Counted from the first letter of the stretch, positions 36,025-45,851 are shown. The stretch is 64,000 nucleotides of DNA from Candidatus Omnitrophota bacterium (GCA_030650425.1 JAUSED010000003.1:71903-135902); one strand, 5' to 3'. Notes: a model not told the origin generated them from the letters alone. Numbers and translations are program-made.

Positions 36025-36042
36025 CCTAAAGAAGAAAAAAAT

Positions 36043-36079
36043 GGGGACGGTTCTATTTTTTAGAACCGTCCCTTTTTTT
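36043..36079 (+). terminator. Terminator formed by GGGGACGGTTCTA palindrome
   Basis: GGGACGGTTCTA-TTTTT-TAGAACCGTCCC plus T7. Same arms as the outer tier of element C. Confidence 0.8.
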
Positions 36080-36080
36080 C

Positions 36081-36225
36081 TTGATTTTCTCCAAAAAAAT
36101 GCTATTATAAGTAATGTAAATCAGTTCCGAGTTTAAAGGTGGGTCTGGATTTACTGATGGTTCAGTAGAATAACGAGAAACCTTTGTTAGCCGGTTTTGT
36201 TGGCTAATAAAGGTTTCTCTTTTTT
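36081..36225 (+). promoter_or_regulatory. Promoter and attenuator-like leader of the Ehr/Hyf operon
   Basis: TTGATT-16 nt-TATTAT. 18-bp stem 36175-36192/36202-36219 plus T-run, immediately before the SD. Confidence 0.7.
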
Positions 36226-36239
36226 ATAGAGGTTATCCG

Positions 36240-38051
36240 GTGCAAATGATTGATCCTCTGGCATTATTTTTTCTTGCCGTAATTTTTATTGTTTCCCTGC
36301 CGTCAGCTATTTACTCCCTTGGTTACCTAAAGAACGAATATTCATCTGCCAAAATAACGCTTGCCTGGGTTTTGTTGGTTGCCTTTGTTTTATCCATGGC
36401 CTTGGTAGTCAGCGTAAGCAACGTTTTGGTTTTTCTTGTGTTTTGGGAGATTATGTCTTTGCTCTCCTATTTTCTGGTCGTCTTTGATACAAAACATGAG
36501 AAATCTATCCAAGCGGGAATGATTTACATTGTGATGACGCATATCGGCACCGCTTTTTTGATCGCCGCGTTTCTCTTAATGTATAAATACGCGCATTCCT
36601 TTGATTTCCTCGCCATAAAGAGCGCCTGCCTGAGTATGCCTGCTCAAACTAGAAATATTGTGTTTTTATTACTCTTGGTTGGTTTCGGTACTAAAGCCGG
36701 AATCGTGCCTTTGCATGTCTGGCTGCCCTATGCCCATCCGCAAGCTCCCAGCCATATTTCAAGTATTATGTCGGGAGTAATGATCAAAACTGCCATTTAT
36801 GGAATTATCCGGTTCGTAATATTTATACTGGGCGCAGGCTCTTCTTGGTGGGGGATATTAATTATAATCCTTGCCTTAATCTCTTGCCTGGTGGGCATTA
36901 TTTACGCGCTGATGGAGCGCGATATTAAAAAGCTGCTTGCCTATTCTAGTGTTGAGAATATGGGAATAATTTTATTAGGAGTAGGGCTTGCCCTCTTTTT
37001 CCAGAGCGTAAATATGCCTTATCTTGCGGTGTTTTCTCTAATCGCAGGATTATATCATTTAGTCAATCACGCGATTTTTAAGGGCCTGCTCTTTTTATGC
37101 GCCGGCAGCGTATATAAAGCTAGCGGGACACGGGATATCGAAAAATTAGGGGGGTTAATTAAGCAAATGCCATTGACAGCGGGATTTTTTCTCTTTGGCG
37201 CGATGGCTATTTCCGGCCTCCCGCCCTTAAACGGCTTTGTGAGTGAATGGCTGACTTTACAGGCCTTCTTTTTAGGGGCTTTTAATACAATAGGAGGAGT
37301 CAAACTTTTTTTAGGGATTTGCGCCGGCCTCTTGGCTTTAACCGGCGGTTTGGCCGCGGCTTGTTTTGTGAAAGCTTTTGGCTTAACTTTCCTCGCGCTT
37401 CCCAGAAGCCATTACGCTAAAGAGGCGCGGGAGGTTGCTTTATCGATGAAGCTGGGGATGTTTTGCTTAGCGCTTCTCGTGCTTATCTTCGGTTTAGCCG
37501 CAGCGATAATTATGAAATTACTGGCCAGAGTTGCAGGCGCGGCATGCGGCATTGATATAGGTAATATGGCATTCTTTTTAAATAATTTCACCCTTAGCCC
37601 GCAGGTGGGCAGGGGTATTTATCTTTCTGTGCCTTTACTGGCGATCTGGCTGATTGTTTTGGGAGTTCTTGGTTTTGCTATCTATAAGCTATTTTGGAAA
37701 GGTAAGTCAGTAATTTATAAAACTTGGGATTGCGGTTATTATAATATGGACTCGCGTAACGAATACACCGCGACTGCTTTTTCCAAGCCCTTTAGGATTG
37801 CCTTTAGTTTCTTTTTGCTCCCTTACCGCAAAACCCAGAAGATTAGAGACTCATTTTATCACGTTAAATCTTTTGCTTATGAAACGCATACGACCCTGAT
37901 TTTTAAAAAATATATCTATGATCCGGCAATTGCCTTAGTTTTAACTACAGCTAAGGCGATGAGGAGGATTCAACCGGGTAGTATCCACCTGTATTTAGGT
38001 TATATTTTTATCACCTTATTATTGTTAATTATCTTTATACACCAATTCTAA
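36240..38051 (+). CDS. hyfB: HyfB-like antiporter-type membrane subunit of Ehr complex
   Basis: VFWEIMS, GTKAGIVPLHVWLPYAHPQAPS, AYSSVENMG, NHAIFKGLLF, PPLNGFVSEW, TWDCGY. Confidence 0.88.
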   Translation: MQMIDPLALFFLAVIFIVSLPSAIYSLGYLKNEYSSAKITLAWVLLVAFVLSMALVVSVSNVLVFLVFWEIMSLLSYFLVVFDTKHEKSIQAGMIYIVMTHIGTAFLIAAFLLMYKYAHSFDFLAIKSACLSMPAQTRNIVFLLLLVGFGTKAGIVPLHVWLPYAHPQAPSHISSIMSGVMIKTAIYGIIRFVIFILGAGSSWWGILIIILALISCLVGIIYALMERDIKKLLAYSSVENMGIILLGVGLALFFQSVNMPYLAVFSLIAGLYHLVNHAIFKGLLFLCAGSVYKASGTRDIEKLGGLIKQMPLTAGFFLFGAMAISGLPPLNGFVSEWLTLQAFFLGAFNTIGGVKLFLGICAGLLALTGGLAAACFVKAFGLTFLALPRSHYAKEAREVALSMKLGMFCLALLVLIFGLAAAIIMKLLARVAGAACGIDIGNMAFFLNNFTLSPQVGRGIYLSVPLLAIWLIVLGVLGFAIYKLFWKGKSVIYKTWDCGYYNMDSRNEYTATAFSKPFRIAFSFFLLPYRKTQKIRDSFYHVKSFAYETHTTLIFKKYIYDPAIALVLTTAKAMRRIQPGSIHLYLGYIFITLLLLIIFIHQF

Positions 38052-38971
38052 TGATGAAAATTATAATTATCCTGCAATTAGCTTTTTTTATCGCAGCCGC
38101 TCCTTTACTCAACGGCCTGATTACCAAAATAAAGAATAATCTTAGGCTGCGCAAGGGGCAAAGTATTTTCCAGCCGTATTATAATTTAGCTAAACTTTTT
38201 GCCAAGGGAGAGGTGGTTTCGGAAACCGCCTCTTGGATCTTCAAAGTTGCTCCTTGGGTAGTATTTTCTGCCACGCTTAGCGCGGCGTTACTCATTCCTG
38301 TATTTATATTCGCCAGTCCGGCACATCGCCTAGGCGATTTTTTGGCCTTAATTTTTATTTTTGCTTTAGCGCGCTTCTTTTTGGCGCTTGCGGCATTGGA
38401 TACCGGAAGTTCTTTTGGCGGGATGGGTTCATCAAGGGAGATGTTTATTTCCGGCTTGGCTGAGCCGGCGCTTTGTTTAGTCATCTTTAGCCTGTCTTTG
38501 CAATTCGGTTCAACGGATATTTCGGCGTTTAGCGGGATGCATAGGGTATCGGTTTCTTCCGTGGTGGCCGCGTTGGCATTATTCCTGGTGACCCTCGCGG
38601 AGACCTCGCGTATCCCGGTTGATAATCAGGAGACGCATCTGGAACTAACCATGGCGCATGAGGCAATGGTTTTGGAATATTCCGGCCCTTCTTTAGCCTT
38701 ACTCGAGTGGTCTGCCCACATTAAACAGATGATTTTCTTTTTCTTGATCGCTCAGATTGTTTTTCCGATTAGCCTGCCGTTTCTCGGGAGCTTAGTTCAA
38801 ACCTCTGTTTGGGTTATATGCTATTTAGCCAGAATAATGGTTATCGCTGTGATCGTAGCACTGGTCGAGGTTTCCGTAGCCAAAATGAGGTTGTTCAGGG
38901 TAGCGGATTTTCTGGGGTTTGCCTTTGTTTTAGGGGTGATTGCCAGCGTATGCGCTATACTAGGAGTTTAA
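38051..38971 (+). CDS. hyfC: HyfC/HycD (NuoH-like) membrane subunit
   Basis: QPYYNLAKL, DTGSSFGGMGSSRE, RIPVDNQETHLELTMAHEAMVLEYSG. Confidence 0.9.
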   Translation: MMKIIIILQLAFFIAAAPLLNGLITKIKNNLRLRKGQSIFQPYYNLAKLFAKGEVVSETASWIFKVAPWVVFSATLSAALLIPVFIFASPAHRLGDFLALIFIFALARFFLALAALDTGSSFGGMGSSREMFISGLAEPALCLVIFSLSLQFGSTDISAFSGMHRVSVSSVVAALALFLVTLAETSRIPVDNQETHLELTMAHEAMVLEYSGPSLALLEWSAHIKQMIFFFLIAQIVFPISLPFLGSLVQTSVWVICYLARIMVIAVIVALVEVSVAKMRLFRVADFLGFAFVLGVIASVCAILGV

Positions 38972-38972
38972 T

Positions 38973-39608
38973 ATGCAAGGAATAATTTTATTCGCGGTTT
39001 TAGCTTCAACTTACCTTATGCTGATCGCTAAAAGGATGCCGGCCTTGATCCGGAGTTTTCGTTATCAATCATTTTGTTTATTCCTGGCGACCTTGCTCAT
39101 CGCGTTGAGTGAGCGCCAATTAGATTTGTATATTATTTCCGGCCTGTTATTTATTTTAAAAGTTTTGCTGATCCCGCAGTTATTGTACCGGATCTTAAGA
39201 AGGACGAATACAAAGGAAGATTTAGGGTTATTTATTAATCCCCAACTTTCTTTATTGTTGGCTTTGGTTTTTAGTTATTTATCATGGATCTTTGCCGCGC
39301 ATCTGGTTACTCCGGTTAAAGAAATCCAGATTAGTATCCTTGCCGTTACTTTTTTTATAATTTTAGCCGGGATATTTTTAATGATTTTCAGGATGACCGC
39401 GCTGGCCCAGATTACCGGGCTATTGGTGATGGAGAATGGCCTATTTCTGCTGGCTTCAGCGGTCTCGGGCGGAATGCCATTTTTCGTAGAGATCGCCATA
39501 TTCTTTGATGTGTTTATGAGCGTCTTGATTATGGGTTTTTTTGTCTATAAGATCAGCAAGCTATTTACACATATTGACGTGAATAAACTCTCGCGTCTAA
39601 GAGGATAA
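38973..39608 (+). CDS. hyfE: HyfE-like membrane subunit
   Basis: LKVLLIP, GLLVMENG, PFFVEIAIFFDV. Confidence 0.85.
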   Translation: MQGIILFAVLASTYLMLIAKRMPALIRSFRYQSFCLFLATLLIALSERQLDLYIISGLLFILKVLLIPQLLYRILRRTNTKEDLGLFINPQLSLLLALVFSYLSWIFAAHLVTPVKEIQISILAVTFFIILAGIFLMIFRMTALAQITGLLVMENGLFLLASAVSGGMPFFVEIAIFFDVFMSVLIMGFFVYKISKLFTHIDVNKLSRLRG

Positions 39609-39612
39609 CCTG

Positions 39613-41070
39613 ATGCAGATATTTATCATTCTCGGAATACCAATTTTTCTTTCGCTGGGAGCGTTTATTTTCGGGAAGAAACGGTTTTTTGGGATAATTA
39701 ATTGCAGCGGCTATCTGGCAATCTTGTGCTGCAGCCTGATTTTATTTAAAGAAACGGTGTTTACCGGAAAGACTAAAGAGTTTTTTGGCTTTATCTATCT
39801 GGATGCCTTAAGCGCATTTTTTATTCTGGTTATTTCAGTGGTAGCTTTTGCTGCCGCGCTTTATTCCATCGGTTACATCCGAAAGGATATTCAACGAGGA
39901 GTTATAACTGAGAGCAAAGCGAGGGTTTATTATCTTTTTTTCAATCTTTTCTGTCTCTCGATGTTTTTTGTCCCCGCGCTGGATAACTTGGGTATGCTTT
40001 GGGTGGCTGTTGAAATGACCACGCTTATCTCGGCATTCCTGGTAGGGTTTTATAATTCCAAGGAATCCGTCGAGGCAGCCTGGAAATATATCATTATCTG
40101 CTCGGTGGGGATAATTTTCGCGCTTTTAGGTACGATTCTTTTTTCCTACGCCTTTTCCATCTCCGGATTAACGAAAAGCCTGAATTGGTCCGAGATTACC
40201 CCGGTCGCGCATATCTTGGATAAAAATATCCTGAAAGTAGCGTTTATCTTTATTCTCGTTGGATACGGGACTAAGGCGGGCCTTGCGCCGATGCATACCT
40301 GGCTGCCGGACGCCCACAGCCAAGCCGTTGCTCCGATTAGCGCGCTTCTCTCCGGGGTATTGCTCAAGACAGCTATTTACGCCATTTTAAGGTTCGGCAT
40401 AATTATTATTAAGAGCGTAGGCTTCGCGTATTTCGCGCATTTGATGATTCTCTTTGGCGCGATTTCATTGGTTATCTCAAGCGGTTTTATCCTGGTTCAG
40501 AAAGACTTGAAGCGGCTCCTGGCTTACAGCAGCATCGAGCATATCGGCATCATCGCAATCGGTTTTGGCCTGGGTTCGCCTTTAGCTATCGCCGGAGCAC
40601 TACTGCATATTTTTAACCACGCGGTAACCAAATCACTGATGTTTTTTGGCGCGGGTAATATTGTCAGCGCTTATAAAAAACATAATATGCACGCTATCCG
40701 GGGAGTAATTAAGGCCTTGCCTTTTACGGGGATGATGCTGCTTTTAGGGTGTTTCGCGCTTACCGGCTTTCCGCCATTCTCCATATTTATAAGCGAGATA
40801 ATGATTATCATCGCTGCTTTTACCAACGGCGCGTATTTTATCGGCGCTTTGTTGTTATTATTGCTTGCGGTAATTTTTGGAGCGTTCATTTATCATTTCG
40901 GAAGAATGCTTTTTGGCAATCTTCCTAAAAGTATGTCTGCGGCAGGGGAGCCGTTCAGCGGAAAGTTGGCGTTTTTGTTTTTACTCTTTTTGATCTGCGC
41001 TTTAGGGATAAGCTTGCCATTTATGAATAAGGATACGCTATGGATATTCCAACAGTTATTGCACGGATAA
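39613..41070 (+). CDS. hyfF: HyfF-like antiporter-type membrane subunit
   Basis: WVAVEMTT, EAAWKY, GTKAGLAPMHTWLPDAHSQA, AYSSIEH. Confidence 0.9.
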   Translation: MQIFIILGIPIFLSLGAFIFGKKRFFGIINCSGYLAILCCSLILFKETVFTGKTKEFFGFIYLDALSAFFILVISVVAFAAALYSIGYIRKDIQRGVITESKARVYYLFFNLFCLSMFFVPALDNLGMLWVAVEMTTLISAFLVGFYNSKESVEAAWKYIIICSVGIIFALLGTILFSYAFSISGLTKSLNWSEITPVAHILDKNILKVAFIFILVGYGTKAGLAPMHTWLPDAHSQAVAPISALLSGVLLKTAIYAILRFGIIIIKSVGFAYFAHLMILFGAISLVISSGFILVQKDLKRLLAYSSIEHIGIIAIGFGLGSPLAIAGALLHIFNHAVTKSLMFFGAGNIVSAYKKHNMHAIRGVIKALPFTGMMLLLGCFALTGFPPFSIFISEIMIIIAAFTNGAYFIGALLLLLLAVIFGAFIYHFGRMLFGNLPKSMSAAGEPFSGKLAFLFLLFLICALGISLPFMNKDTLWIFQQLLHG

Positions 41071-42617
41071 GAAATAATTTTCCGGAGTTTAGCGAGCTTG
41101 CTAGCGCGCAAAACTATGCGGATGAGCTTAATATTAAGGTAAGTCCTCAGGATTTCAAGCATACCTGTCTTGCCTTGCATAAAATCCTTCCTTCTCCGGT
41201 GATGATGCTTTTTGCCCAGGATGAGCGCGCAGGTGAAGGGATTTTTAGGATTAATTCCGTATTCGTGGATTTTAAAAACAAAGAGTGGGTTATGGTGAGT
41301 ATGGATATCCCGCCGGAAAATCCATGTTTTGATTCTTTGGCCAAGAGCATCTATTCGGCCAGCCTTTTTGAAAGGGAGATTTGGGAGATGTTCGGCGTTG
41401 AACCAAAAGGCCATCCTGATCTCAGGAGATTGAGGCTGCATGATGAAGTTTGGCCAAAGGGGAATTATCCGTTACGCAAAGATTTCCAAAAAGTAGAGCC
41501 CGGGGACTTGAGCGATTATAAATTCAGCAGGGTAGAGGGAGAAGGGATATTTGAAGTTCCGGTTGGGCCTGTGCACGCCGGGATCATCGGCCCCGGGCAT
41601 TTCCGTTTTAGCGTTGCCGGAGAGCCGATTATTAGCTTAGAAACAAGGCTGGGGTTTAGCCATCGGGGAGTGGAAAAAATTTTTGAAGGAAAATCTTGTT
41701 TAGAGGCGGTTAGAATTTCAGAATGTGTTTCCGGTGATGCTTCTTTCGCGCATAGCCTGGCGTTTACTCAGGCGGCTGAGAAGATTTTCGGGATACAAAT
41801 ACCCGCGGCCGCGGCTTATTCAAGGGCTATCTTTTTAGAGCTTGAGCGGATGTATAATCATGTGAATGATCTCGGTGGAATAGCGCTGGATGCGGGTTTT
41901 AGCTTTCCGGCTGCCTACGCCTCGGTGATCAAGGAGGTGATTCTGCAACTAAACGCCCGGCTTAGCGGGAGCAGGTACCTTAGAAAAATTAACGCCATAG
42001 GCGGAATTTCAATTGGCCTAGACGAAACCAAAAAGCAGATGCTTCTTAGTTCCCTTAAAGAGCTAAAACGTGATTTTAAGGAGTTAGTTAAAATTTTGTA
42101 TTCCAGTGTTTCTTTCATGGACAGGATAGATACTACCGGTGTTTTACGCAAGAAGACCGCCGAAGATTTGGGGGTAACCGGCCTGGTTGCCCGCGCTTCG
42201 GGGATTCCCACGGATTTAAGGAAATATTTCCCCGGGGTATATAAAGAAGCTAAATTTAGAATGGCGATACAGGAATCCGGGGATGTTTTGGCACGTTTAC
42301 GCGTAAGGATTTTTGAATTTGAAGAATCATGCCGGCTGATTGAAGAATTTTCCGGAAAGCTGATTAAGGGTGAGGAGATTAAAGTTAACGCGGAGCTAAA
42401 GGGAGGAAGCGCCTTAGGTTATACAGAAGGATGGCGAGGCCCGGTTTTATATTGGCTTAAAACAGATACTAGAGGTTTAGTCACCAGGTGTAAGATTGTC
42501 GATCCATCTTTCCTTAACTGGCAGGGGCTTTCCTACGCAGTGTTGGGAAACATCATCCCTGATTTTCCGCTCTGTAATAAAAGCTTTGATTTGTCATATT
42601 CAGGGAATGATCTTTAA
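41040..42617 (+). CDS. Ehr large subunit (HyfG/HycE-like NuoCD fusion) lacking NiFe ligands
   Basis: FEREIWEMFG, GPVHAGIIGPGHFRF. L1 is ECVSGD and L2 is DFPLCNKSFDLSYSGNDL, with no CxxC pairs. Confidence 0.88.
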   Translation: MDIPTVIARIRNNFPEFSELASAQNYADELNIKVSPQDFKHTCLALHKILPSPVMMLFAQDERAGEGIFRINSVFVDFKNKEWVMVSMDIPPENPCFDSLAKSIYSASLFEREIWEMFGVEPKGHPDLRRLRLHDEVWPKGNYPLRKDFQKVEPGDLSDYKFSRVEGEGIFEVPVGPVHAGIIGPGHFRFSVAGEPIISLETRLGFSHRGVEKIFEGKSCLEAVRISECVSGDASFAHSLAFTQAAEKIFGIQIPAAAAYSRAIFLELERMYNHVNDLGGIALDAGFSFPAAYASVIKEVILQLNARLSGSRYLRKINAIGGISIGLDETKKQMLLSSLKELKRDFKELVKILYSSVSFMDRIDTTGVLRKKTAEDLGVTGLVARASGIPTDLRKYFPGVYKEAKFRMAIQESGDVLARLRVRIFEFEESCRLIEEFSGKLIKGEEIKVNAELKGGSALGYTEGWRGPVLYWLKTDTRGLVTRCKIVDPSFLNWQGLSYAVLGNIIPDFPLCNKSFDLSYSGNDL

Positions 42618-42620
42618 ATT

Positions 42621-43130
42621 ATGATAGATATACTAAAGAATAGAATTTTAAAAGGCATCGTTACCCGGCAGATTGAGCCGGAATTAGCGCAAGAGATAGA
42701 GGCGGTTGGCGCGGAATTAAGATCCCTGATTCAGCAAAGATTCGGCAGGTCTTTACATCTACGCGAAGTAGACACTGGTTCCTGCGCTGCCTGTGAATCG
42801 GAGATCATCGCGGCGAATAATCCTATTTACGACCTGCAGCGCTTCGGAATAAATTTCACCGCTTCTCCCCGCCACGCCGACGCGCTCTTAGTTACCGGCC
42901 CGGTCTCGAAAAATATGCTCGCGGCTTTAAAAAAGACTTACGCGGCTATGCCTGAACCCAAATTTGTGGTTACTTGCGGAGATTGCGCGCTGGATGGCGG
43001 TTCATTCAAAGATTCTTATTATGTCGAAGGAGGGGTAAAAAAAATATTACCGGTTGTTTTGCATATCCCCGGATGCCCTCCCAGCCCGCTGGTGATCATT
43101 AAAACATTGTTAGCCTTTTTGGTGGCCTAG
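42621..43130 (+). CDS. Ehr small subunit (HyfI/NuoB-like)
   Basis: DTGSCAACESE, SPRHAD, GDCA, IPGCPP. Confidence 0.88.
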   Translation: MIDILKNRILKGIVTRQIEPELAQEIEAVGAELRSLIQQRFGRSLHLREVDTGSCAACESEIIAANNPIYDLQRFGINFTASPRHADALLVTGPVSKNMLAALKKTYAAMPEPKFVVTCGDCALDGGSFKDSYYVEGGVKKILPVVLHIPGCPPSPLVIIKTLLAFLVA

Positions 43131-43157
43131 CCTGCCGCTTGTGCTATAATTATTAAA

Positions 43158-44228
43158 ATGAAGAAGAGAGTAGTAGTCGGGATGAGCGGAGGAGTGGATT
43201 CTTCAGTAGCCGCTGCTTTATTAAAGGCAAAAGGCTATGAAGTGATTGGGGTTACTATGTGTTTTAACCTTGCTTCTTCCAGCCGTAAGAAGATTGGTTG
43301 TTGCAGCCTGCAAGGGATAGAGGACGCCCGGCGCGTAGCGCACAAATTAGGGATTAGGCATTATGTCCTGAATATGCAAAAAGCGCTGGAAGAGAAGGTA
43401 ATCAAAAATTTCTGTGAAGAATACCTCGCGGGCCGCACGCCTAATCCCTGTGTGCTTTGCAACCAGTACCTCAAATTCGGAGACTTACTGGGTAAAGCCC
43501 GCCTTTTAGACGCGGAATTTTTAGCTACCGGGCATTATGCCAGAATAGCCAAGACCCGGCAGGGTTTTTTATTAGCCAAGGCCAAAGACGCCAAGAAGGA
43601 CCAGTCTTATTTTTTATACCGGCTTAAACAAACCCAACTTAAACAGATAATTTTTCCTCTGGGGAATTATACCAAAGAAGAGGTGAGGGGTTTAGCCCGG
43701 AAATTTAAATTACCGGTTGCCGAAAAAAAAGCCAGTCAGGAGATTTGTTTTCTGCCTAATGATGATTATCGCGCGTTTTTAAAAGCAAGGATCGGCAAAG
43801 ATATACTTCCCGGCCCGGTAATCGATTCCGAGGGAAATATAGCCGGCCAGCATAAGGGAATCGCCTATTATACCATTGGCCAGCGTGAGGGCCTGGGAAT
43901 AGCTAAAGGCTATCCGGTTTATATCACCAGAATTGCGCCTAAGAGTAACACAATTTTTATCGGTTCTCAAAACGAAGCCCTGAAACGGGAATTCTTAGTC
44001 AAAGATCTGTATTTTAGTTTAAAAACCCCGCTAAAAAAGAAGATTGCCTTGAAGGTGAAGATAAGGTATAATCATCAAGAAAGTAACGCCGAGATTTATC
44101 CCTTCGCTAGCCAAGCCAAGATTATCTTTAAAAAAACGCAGTTCGCTATAACTCCGGGACAGTCAGCAGTTTTCTATTCGCAGGGGAGGGTCTTAGGCGG
44201 GGCGATTATCGATCAGGTTATAGGATAG
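43158..44228 (+). CDS. mnmA: tRNA 2-thiouridine synthase
   Basis: MSGGVDSS, TPNPCVLCN, ATGHYA, KDQSYFL, YTIGQR, ITPGQ. Confidence 0.96.
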   Translation: MKKRVVVGMSGGVDSSVAAALLKAKGYEVIGVTMCFNLASSSRKKIGCCSLQGIEDARRVAHKLGIRHYVLNMQKALEEKVIKNFCEEYLAGRTPNPCVLCNQYLKFGDLLGKARLLDAEFLATGHYARIAKTRQGFLLAKAKDAKKDQSYFLYRLKQTQLKQIIFPLGNYTKEEVRGLARKFKLPVAEKKASQEICFLPNDDYRAFLKARIGKDILPGPVIDSEGNIAGQHKGIAYYTIGQREGLGIAKGYPVYITRIAPKSNTIFIGSQNEALKREFLVKDLYFSLKTPLKKKIALKVKIRYNHQESNAEIYPFASQAKIIFKKTQFAITPGQSAVFYSQGRVLGGAIIDQVIG

Positions 44229-44264
44229 AATACTACGTTAAGGATATAGATAAGAGTAAATAGA

Positions 44265-45182
44265 ATGACTAAAGAGGTTTCCAGCTTAGAGAATAGGATT
44301 AAAGAGCTTAAGAAGCAACGCAACGCCGTGATCCTGGCGCATAATTATCAGCTGCCTGAGGTTCAAGATGTGGCGGATTTTCGTGGTGATTCTTTGGAAT
44401 TATCCCGCGCTGCCGCCAAAACTGAGGCCAAGGTGATTGTTTTTTGCGGGGTTTATTTTATGGCGGAAACCGCGTCCATACTCTCTCCCCATAAAACAGT
44501 AATTATGCCGGATACCAACGCCGGATGTCCGATGGCCAATATGCTTAGCGCCGAGGAATTAAGAAAACTTAAAAGCGAACACCCGCAGGCCGTGGTCGTC
44601 GGTTATGTAAATTCCTCGGCCCAAGTCAAGGCAGAGCTGGATTATTGTTGTACTTCCACCAATGCCGTCGCGGTGGTCAATTATTTAAAAGATCAAGAAG
44701 AGATTATCTTTGTTCCGGATAAATATTTAGCGGACTATGTCTCCAAGCAGACGGGAAGGAAGCTGATTATCTGGAACGGTTTTTGTCCCACACACACCAA
44801 GATTCTTCCTGAAGACCTAAGGCGCGAAAAAAAGTTCCATCCTTTTGCCAAGGTGATCGTGCATCCAGAATGCCTGCCGCAGGTGGTGGCGATGGCGGAC
44901 GCGGTTTTATCGACCAGTCAGATGGCTAAATTTGCTAAAGAGACCGAAGCCAAAGAGATGATTGTCGGTACAGAAGTGGGGTTGATTTACCGCCTGAAAA
45001 AAGACAACCCCGGAAAAGAATTTTATCCGGCTTCTGAACGCGCGGTCTGCCCAAATATGAAACGCACGACCCAAGAGAAGATACTTTGGGCGCTGGAAGA
45101 GTTAAAAGAGGAAGTTAAGGTCCCTGATCATATCCGGCTACGCGCTAAAAAAGCAATAGACAGAATGCTTGAAATAGTCTAG
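44265..45182 (+). CDS. nadA: Quinolinate synthase
   Basis: ILAHNYQ, CGVYFMAE, GCPMA, CPTH, VHPEC, CPNMK. Confidence 0.96.
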   Translation: MTKEVSSLENRIKELKKQRNAVILAHNYQLPEVQDVADFRGDSLELSRAAAKTEAKVIVFCGVYFMAETASILSPHKTVIMPDTNAGCPMANMLSAEELRKLKSEHPQAVVVGYVNSSAQVKAELDYCCTSTNAVAVVNYLKDQEEIIFVPDKYLADYVSKQTGRKLIIWNGFCPTHTKILPEDLRREKKFHPFAKVIVHPECLPQVVAMADAVLSTSQMAKFAKETEAKEMIVGTEVGLIYRLKKDNPGKEFYPASERAVCPNMKRTTQEKILWALEELKEEVKVPDHIRLRAKKAIDRMLEIV

Positions 45183-45207
45183 TAATGATGGTTGTATTAG
45201 AGTTACC

Positions 45208-45233
45208 GTAGCGGACACTTAAGTGTCCGCTAC
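45208..45233. repeat. Perfect 26-bp GTAG-type palindrome
   Basis: GTAGCGGACACTT|AAGTGTCCGCTAC, intergenic. Confidence 0.75.
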
Positions 45234-45257
45234 CGGAACTGATTGGATTAGAGGCTA

Positions 45258-45851
45258 GTGAATATTCCGATAATTTACGAAGACGAGTGGCTTTTGGTAG
45301 CAGATAAGCCCTCCGGCCTTTTAACCGTACCTACACCTAAAAATGAAAAACGCACGCTTACCAGTATTTTAAACTTATATCCTTGTCACCGGCTCGACCG
45401 GGAGACTTCCGGTTTGATCATTTACGCGAAAGATAAAGAGACGCAAGCGAAGATGATGGATGAATTCCGGGCCAGAAGAGTAAAGAAAACCTATATTGCT
45501 TTTGTGCGGGGAGAGCCTTCTAAAAATCAAGGAGAGATTAAAAATAAGATCGAAGGTTTAAACGCCCAAACTCGTTACAAAGTTATTGAAAAAAGGGAAG
45601 ATTTTGCTATTCTAGAAGTTAACCCCCTGACCGGCAGGACTAACCAGATCAGGATTCACTTGAAAGAGATCGGGCATCCGATTTTAGGCGAAAGCAAATA
45701 TGCCTTTCGTCGGGATTTTAAGATTAAAGCCAAACGGCTGATGTTGCAGGCTGCGGGCTTGGAATTTAAGCATCCGGTAACCGGTAGGCAGCTTTGTTTA
45801 AGGCTGGATTTAGCGGATGGTCTAAAGAAGTTCTTGGAGAGTCATGACTGA
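45258..45851 (+). CDS. RluA-family pseudouridine synthase
   Basis: DKPSGL, HRLDRETSG, TGRTNQIR, GHPILG. Confidence 0.9.
   Translation: MNIPIIYEDEWLLVADKPSGLLTVPTPKNEKRTLTSILNLYPCHRLDRETSGLIIYAKDKETQAKMMDEFRARRVKKTYIAFVRGEPSKNQGEIKNKIEGLNAQTRYKVIEKREDFAILEVNPLTGRTNQIRIHLKEIGHPILGESKYAFRRDFKIKAKRLMLQAAGLEFKHPVTGRQLCLRLDLADGLKKFLESHD

Noticed and set aside
36110-36225. Fluoride riboswitch upstream of the hyf-like operon
   Set aside because: The GGnGAUGGnGUUCnCC 5' core is not present, so it is kept only as an unknown attenuator.
41040-42617. Hydrogenase-4 catalytic [NiFe] subunit
   Set aside because: Both Ni-binding CxxC motifs are absent.
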